Below the pieces are notes generated by a model, which searched no databases, was not told the origin of the DNA, and saw only the letters and a list, made by a program, of their open reading frames with translations. Shown here one piece after another: positions 58,463 to 64,000 of a stretch of 64,000 nucleotides of DNA. Source of the stretch: Patescibacteria group bacterium (GTDB lineage Bacteria; Patescibacteriota; Patescibacteriia; UBA9934); assembly GCA_041661425.1 (NCBI GenBank), contig JBAZUI010000002.1, positions 38-64,037 on the forward strand, in the 5' to 3' direction. The translations under genes were made by a program, and so were the position numbers. Every line of letters begins with the position of its first letter. Position 1 is the first letter of the stretch.

Positions 58463-59659
58463 CGTGAAGATTGAAAGGTCGTTTTTCATGAATGGCACGT
58501 CCACGAGTCCGTGGATCACCATGGTCATGATCGCAGCAAAAGCGGCAATTTTTATGATATTTCGCGGCTCACGGAATAGCGATTTTGTGATGAGTACAAG
58601 AAACCAGATGCTCGCAATGATGCCAATGACTCCAAGCTCGCTCCAGATATTGAGGAGAATATTGTGCGGATACTGGAAGATTTCGTAGAGTGTGGGGTCG
58701 TGATAGGGCTCAAGAACTTGCGGATAGGCATTAAGACCAGCGCCAAAAAATGGGTGATCAAGAAGCATTTGTAATGTTTCTTGCCATTGTGAACGTCGCA
58801 CAAGTCCGGAATCATCGAGTAAAAGGACCTTCTCCTGCACAGCCGGGAAAGCAAGAAACAGGGCGGCGAAGATCACGGCCGCTGTGAGAGCGAGGTACCA
58901 TTTTTTGCGTGGGTGGATGTCGATCGCGAGCGTTGTGACAATCAAGGCAAAAGGAATAGCGATAAAAGCGGCCTCGGTTTTAGCGAGGATAATGGCCGTG
59001 CCGCAAAGAATCGCGGAAGATGCCCAAAAAATAAGTACTTGTTTTCGATGGGAAAACCACGGATGTTTTTCTTTTGAGAAAAGAAAAATGAATGAAAAAG
59101 CCGTAATTGGGGCAAGGAAAAGGCCGAGCGCATTCGGATAATCAAACCAACCCGTGATACGACGCTCTAAATCCCATGGTTCCGGGATTCCCATGCCTGT
59201 TGCATATTGAAAGATGGCAAAAAGACTTGCCATCATCCCGGAAATCGCAAGAACGGAAAAAAGAATCGTGCGATCTTCGGGTTTTTTCAAGAGCGAAAGG
59301 GACATGAGAAGAACAAGAATGGCTTCAAAATAATAAGCCTTGAGAATTCCAAGTGCTCCATAAAGATCGGGAGCAATCATGGCTCCAAGGCAAGCGGCCG
59401 CAAGGAGAAGAAGAATTGGGCTCGCCCAAGGCTTAAGGGCGGAAAGAGGGATATTGCGATAGCCTTTTTTGATAATCCAAACGACGAAGAGCTCAAGAAT
59501 CATTCCTTCAAGAAGCGTTGAAGGGATCGGACCGATTGAAAAACGGATAAGATAGACGGGAAGAAGCCCGGCAAGAGCAAAGAGGGCGATTTTTTGATTT
59601 CTCCAAGCAAGAAAAGCAAATGCGGCGAGGAAAATGGTAATGAAGATCGCGAAGATCAT
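58433..59659 (-). CDS. O-antigen ligase family protein
   Basis: Multi-TM; YPNALG, HPFFGAG, YPHN..L..WSELG, HGLVD. Confidence 0.88.
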   Translation of the reverse strand: MIFAIFITIFLAAFAFLAWRNQKIALFALAGLLPVYLIRFSIGPIPSTLLEGMILELFVVWIIKKGYRNIPLSALKPWASPILLLLAAACLGAMIAPDLYGALGILKAYYFEAILVLLMSLSLLKKPEDRTILFSVLAISGMMASLFAIFQYATGMGIPEPWDLERRITGWFDYPNALGLFLAPITAFSFIFLFSKEKHPWFSHRKQVLIFWASSAILCGTAIILAKTEAAFIAIPFALIVTTLAIDIHPRKKWYLALTAAVIFAALFLAFPAVQEKVLLLDDSGLVRRSQWQETLQMLLDHPFFGAGLNAYPQVLEPYHDPTLYEIFQYPHNILLNIWSELGVIGIIASIWFLVLITKSLFREPRNIIKIAAFAAIMTMVIHGLVDVPFMKNDLSIFTSLLLGLLIL

Positions 59660-59660
59660 A

Positions 59661-61094
59661 TTATGGAATGGCTATTGGGGGTTTTTCAGGGAGAAAGAGA
59701 TTTTTCATATCGCGAATTTTGGGTCCGCCAATGGCCGAGAGAGCAATAAAGTACACACCAATGCCAATGAGGATCGCAAAAATCACATTCATATCCGGAA
59801 GAAGTCGCAAAATAATATACATCGTGAGCCCCGCGAGCATGGCGCGTGCGGCAGAAAGGAGCTTTGGGACGAACTTCCCACATTTTGCAACGCAGATGAA
59901 TGTGAGTATTCCAATGGAAGTCTCGGCAATGAGCGTCCACCAGGCCGCGGCCCACATCCCGTAGATTGGAATGAAATAGAAATAGCCGGCAACCGTCATG
60001 ATTGCGACAGCAAGATAGGCGAGTGTCATGATCTTTTGTTTTTTTACAGCAACCACCGCATGTCCAAATAGGGAATTGATAAATACAATCGATGCCGCAG
60101 GTCCAAGAATTGCAAGCACGGCTCCTGCCTCGCTAAATTCTTCGCCTGAGATGAGCTCCATGACAGGTCTCCCAAGTGCGATTGATCCGAGGGCAAAAGG
60201 AATCGCAAGAATGATCAGAAAATCGAATGAATCTTGCATGGAGCGCAGAAAATCTTTTTTATCACCCATAAATGCCCTCACCAGTATCGGGAGGGCAAGC
60301 CCCATATACATAACCGGGATCGTTGTGATGACGTCAACGACTTTATAGGCCGCGCCATAGATGCCAACTTCAGCGTTCGATCGGAAAAGCGAAAGGAAAA
60401 TGATATCGCCGCGAAGATAGATGAGATTGAAAAAAATCGAGGCGCCAATCGGCCAACTTCGGGAAATAATATCTTTGACCGTTGCTAAGTGGAAACGGAA
60501 GCGAAGCGTGACGTGATGCCGAGAGAAAAAGAGAATGGAGAGAAGCTGAAGTGCATTTCCAAAAACAAAAAGCCAAACAATGCTCACGAGTCCAAGGTCG
60601 TATTTGGCTGCAAAACAAGCTCCAACAAGAACAAGCAGACGATTGAGCAACTCAGCGAGAACGGTCCAGTGCATGATGAGACGTTTTTGAAAAACACCCA
60701 CGAGCATCTGCGAGGTCGTGCCAAAAAGATAGGAAATCGCTCCAACGGCAATGCCGATGATAATAACGTGATCGTATGGGAAAAAGAGCGCGGTCACGGG
60801 CGCGAGAGAAAGAAAGAGAACCGCAGAAATAATGCGGATTGTTAGGAGGTTCCCGAGAATTTTATTTTCTTCTGCTTTATCCTCAGAAATCATTTGGACG
60901 GTCGTGAGCGTGAGGCCAAAATCAACAATCGCGGCAAAAACCGAGAGGAAAGTGAGAATAATGGTGAGTTGCCCATAGCCCTCTGGGGCAAGATAGCGGC
61001 TAAGAACGGCAACGGCAAGGATCCCAAAGATATTTCCAAGCATTTTTCCAATGCTTTGGATGGCGGTATTGCGGGCAAGCGCGGTTTTGTCCAT
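59661..61094 (-). CDS. Wzx-type polysaccharide flippase
   Basis: LSRYL...YG, DFGL, VGIYGAAYK; many TM helices. Confidence 0.88.
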   Translation of the reverse strand: MDKTALARNTAIQSIGKMLGNIFGILAVAVLSRYLAPEGYGQLTIILTFLSVFAAIVDFGLTLTTVQMISEDKAEENKILGNLLTIRIISAVLFLSLAPVTALFFPYDHVIIIGIAVGAISYLFGTTSQMLVGVFQKRLIMHWTVLAELLNRLLVLVGACFAAKYDLGLVSIVWLFVFGNALQLLSILFFSRHHVTLRFRFHLATVKDIISRSWPIGASIFFNLIYLRGDIIFLSLFRSNAEVGIYGAAYKVVDVITTIPVMYMGLALPILVRAFMGDKKDFLRSMQDSFDFLIILAIPFALGSIALGRPVMELISGEEFSEAGAVLAILGPAASIVFINSLFGHAVVAVKKQKIMTLAYLAVAIMTVAGYFYFIPIYGMWAAAWWTLIAETSIGILTFICVAKCGKFVPKLLSAARAMLAGLTMYIILRLLPDMNVIFAILIGIGVYFIALSAIGGPKIRDMKNLFLPEKPPIAIP

Positions 61095-61160
61095 ACGGAA
61101 GAAGTATAGCAGAAATTGATTGCTTTTTTGAGCAGATATTTTGTGCTATCATAGGAGTGT

Positions 61161-63017
61161 ATGACTCATTTTACTGTTCATAAGAATTTTTTGAGAAAGA
61201 TCGTGGTCGCTTCTCTTGCTTTTGCAAGCATATTTACTGGGTGTTTTGGAACAATGGCTCCAGCAAAGGCGTCCGGGTCATATGAAGCCATGATTGTTTC
61301 GCTCTCGGGGAGTGGCACGCTTTCGATGCTCCCTGGGGAAAAGAAAGAGGTGACCGTTGTTTTCCAAAATACAGGTTCAGCCACATGGAAAAATGATGGA
61401 GCCGGCTATCTTTCGCTCTACACGTACAATCCAAAATATCGCAAAAGTGTTTTTGATCCCGGCACCTGGCTTTGGGGAGATCATGTGAAGCGTATTCGTG
61501 AGGCGAGTGTGGCTCCCGGGGGGACGGCGAGCATTTCTTTTGAATTGAAGGCGCCGCTGGCGAAAGGAGTCTACGAAGAGAGTTTTCAACTGGCGGCCGA
61601 GGATACGGCCTGGGTCTCGGGTGGGGCGGTTGCCTTTAAAATTTCCGTGCAGGATGTGGGAACCTCGGCTTCGACAACAACTTCCACGACTGCGTCAGCA
61701 ACCACGACGAATTCGAGCGATGGATACGAGGCATCTCTAAGTGTGCGATCTGCAGATTCCATTAAAGCTATTGCTGGTCGATCCATTCTTTTTACAGTCG
61801 GATTTACAAATACCGGAACAAAAACATGGAATTCCTACAGCCTCACTACAGGGGATGTTTCCATGGCTTCCTCTTCCTCTTTTCGTCATCCATCATGGGT
61901 CGATTCGCAATTAGCAGTGGCAAGTAGCTCGGTAAAGCCAGGAGAAATGGCGATTCTTTCTTTTTCACTAACCGCACCGAGCACGAATGGCCGTCACACA
62001 GCGAAATTTCAATTTAGCGCTGATGGAGTAGATGTTGATGATGCGTTTATCGAGATCCCGGTTGATGTGACCGGTGGATCAGCTGAAGCGGTTGCCTCGC
62101 CGGAAAATGAAAATGCCATCGATACCACGGATTACATCGAAGAGCCTCTGCTTCGAGTTGGCGTGTTGATTGTCGATGAGGAAACAGATAATGAGGTTGT
62201 GATCACCTGCGAAGAGAATGATTTTAATCTTCGTGATATCAATGGAAATCTTCTCGCGGAGCTCGAAGCAGGCGATGAAGTCACGGCCTCCTACGACGGT
62301 GAACGCTATCTTTATGATGTCGGTCGGGGGACGGAATATTCTTCGTATGGCTTGCGTTTTGAACCGGAAACAGAGAATGCGGTCATGAAAATTGCTAATT
62401 TCGATCGCCGGGTAACGCGCAGCGCGGCTTATGCTGATAATGAATATCGAAATATTCTTGAGCTTCGCTATAACGACTATAAGGATCGGACATGGATCAT
62501 CAATGAAATTGATATTGAATGGTATTTGCGTGGATTAGCGGAAACATCAAATTCTTCCCCACTTGAATATCAAAAAGCACTCATTAGCGCGGCGAGAACT
62601 TTCGCCTATTATCATTGGACACACGCGACAAAGCGTGCAAAGGAGTTTATGACGATCGTCGGATACTCCGATGATCAAGTTTATAACGGATACGGACAGG
62701 AAAAACGCTCACCGAATATTGTCGCTGGAGTTGAGGCAACACGCGGAAAAGTGGTGACCTATGCCGGTGACATTGCCATTACTCCATATTTTTCGCGATC
62801 CGACGGCCACACGCGTAATTGGTCTGATGTTTGGTATGGAAGTTTAGCGTGGTGCCAATCAGTTGATGTGCCATGGGATGATGGAAAAACGCTTTGGGGT
62901 CATGGAGTAGGGATGTCTGCTTCCGGCGCACTCGGAGCAGCAAAAGATGGATATAATTGGGAAGAGATCCTTAAGTATTTTTATACTGGGATCGATTTAG
63001 AAAAACGATGGGAATAG
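61161..63017 (+). CDS. SpoIID/LytB-domain protein with two NBR1-like Ig domains
   Basis: F.NTG..TW repeats; YLRGLAE, AARTFA, DQVY.G, GHGVGMS..GA, IL.YFY.G. Confidence 0.88.
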   Translation: MTHFTVHKNFLRKIVVASLAFASIFTGCFGTMAPAKASGSYEAMIVSLSGSGTLSMLPGEKKEVTVVFQNTGSATWKNDGAGYLSLYTYNPKYRKSVFDPGTWLWGDHVKRIREASVAPGGTASISFELKAPLAKGVYEESFQLAAEDTAWVSGGAVAFKISVQDVGTSASTTTSTTASATTTNSSDGYEASLSVRSADSIKAIAGRSILFTVGFTNTGTKTWNSYSLTTGDVSMASSSSFRHPSWVDSQLAVASSSVKPGEMAILSFSLTAPSTNGRHTAKFQFSADGVDVDDAFIEIPVDVTGGSAEAVASPENENAIDTTDYIEEPLLRVGVLIVDEETDNEVVITCEENDFNLRDINGNLLAELEAGDEVTASYDGERYLYDVGRGTEYSSYGLRFEPETENAVMKIANFDRRVTRSAAYADNEYRNILELRYNDYKDRTWIINEIDIEWYLRGLAETSNSSPLEYQKALISAARTFAYYHWTHATKRAKEFMTIVGYSDDQVYNGYGQEKRSPNIVAGVEATRGKVVTYAGDIAITPYFSRSDGHTRNWSDVWYGSLAWCQSVDVPWDDGKTLWGHGVGMSASGALGAAKDGYNWEEILKYFYTGIDLEKRWE

Positions 63018-63023
63018 GGAATG

Positions 63024-63144
63024 GATACTTTTACCTTTGGATGCAGAACGAGGAAAAAACCGAGCAACGAGGAGCCGTACCAATATGTACGGTGACGAAG
63101 TGCGGAGGTTTTTGACAAAGTTATGCGCCAAAGGTGAAAGTATC
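63024..63144. repeat. Long palindromic structured element (copy B)
   Basis: GATACTTTTACCTTTGG/CCAAAGGTGAAAGTATC arms; core CGAGGAG-c-CGTAC..GTACG-g-TGACGAAG. Confidence 0.65.
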
Positions 63145-63164
63145 TAATAATCAAAAATCGGCGT

Positions 63165-63935
63165 TTACGCCGGTTTTTGTTTTAGGTAATCCCAAAGCAA
63201 GTTGAAAATTGTGCGCTGAAGATCGGCTAATTCCTTTGATTCAATAATGACGGCCATTTTTTCTTTCCACGAAGCGATGAGCATTTTATCGTTATAGATA
63301 TTTACTTCGGGTGAAAACGTCACATTCTTGTCCTGAAGGATGATGGATTCACGAAGTTCGTGATTATCTTTTTTTGCTCGATCAATTGATAGTTTATTGT
63401 TAGGCATTATCGCCTTGATGGGAATCCCTGCCTTTGCCCGACGGGCATAGTATTCCGGAAAGAATTCCGGCAACCCCTCGTGCATGGTTTCGACGTTTGC
63501 ATAGGCGAGAATGCCTTCTTTTGTGGTGAGCGTATCCTCATAGGCTTCGCGCATGCCTTTTTCACCTTCGTAAAAGGCAACCTTTGGCTTCGCACTTTTA
63601 GGATGTATAAGCGAAGATAATTCCGGTAGAATTTCCTTGATTTTTTCTTTTTGTTGATTGATTTTCTTTTCAGCCTCTTCTTTCTCTCTATCCAAATAAT
63701 TCAATAATCGCCGCGGATCGCCTGCAGTAAAGTAAATCTTGCCCTTTTTCCGGAATTTGCTTACAAGTCCGCGTTTTACGAGGTGTTCAAGTACGTCATA
63801 ACAACTCGTCCGGTTGATACCGGAATTCTTCGAAACTTCGGTAACCGTAGCAGAATCGAGCTCCAGAAGGGCAATATAGACCTTGATTTCACTTTGTGCA
63901 AAGCCGAGTTCTTCGAGAATCTTTGGATATTGCAT
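63165..63935 (-). CDS. TrmB-family transcriptional regulator
   Basis: LGF...E.KVYIALL, wHTH GINRTSCY.VL..L.KRGLV, PKV.FYEG..G. Confidence 0.88.
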   Translation of the reverse strand: MQYPKILEELGFAQSEIKVYIALLELDSATVTEVSKNSGINRTSCYDVLEHLVKRGLVSKFRKKGKIYFTAGDPRRLLNYLDREKEEAEKKINQQKEKIKEILPELSSLIHPKSAKPKVAFYEGEKGMREAYEDTLTTKEGILAYANVETMHEGLPEFFPEYYARRAKAGIPIKAIMPNNKLSIDRAKKDNHELRESIILQDKNVTFSPEVNIYNDKMLIASWKEKMAVIIESKELADLQRTIFNLLWDYLKQKPA

Positions 63936-64000
63936 AGTTTTTGTGGGAGTTACTTACGACAATAATATCATATCAAATTAGCCAAAATATGTCAATAATT

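Overview
This is an origin-proximal chromosomal segment of a bacterium, most likely Patescibacteria/CPR (inference from the tandem TrbC/VirB2-like pilins, K+-independent H+-PPase, PBP1A with Ig tail and largely Shine-Dalgarno-less housekeeping genes). It carries rpmH-rnpA-yidD, dnaA-oriC-dnaN, polA/holA/rpsT, rpsO-pnp, tig, hppA, an Fe-S/redox cluster, six pilins, six tRNAs and a surface-protein cluster. Set into this AT-richer backbone are six visibly GC-rich orphan expression cassettes sharing a near-consensus sigma70 promoter, a strong GGAG SD (mostly ...ACC-ATG) and a GC-rich 3' hairpin. Three of them form a tandem array of stand-alone RNA-polymerase alpha-CTD proteins whose units meet at the -35 box (TTCTTGACAAA), the last junction being the rpsO promoter. 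Other unexplained structure: a ~330-nt promoter-driven structured non-coding region, tRNA-3'-end-derived mini-elements behind tRNA-Ala and tRNA-Ser, a two-copy palindromic element with a covarying core, a 20-bp palindrome inserted in a REP, and a single in-frame TGA in comM. All calls come from reading the sequence; no database searches or GC computations were run.
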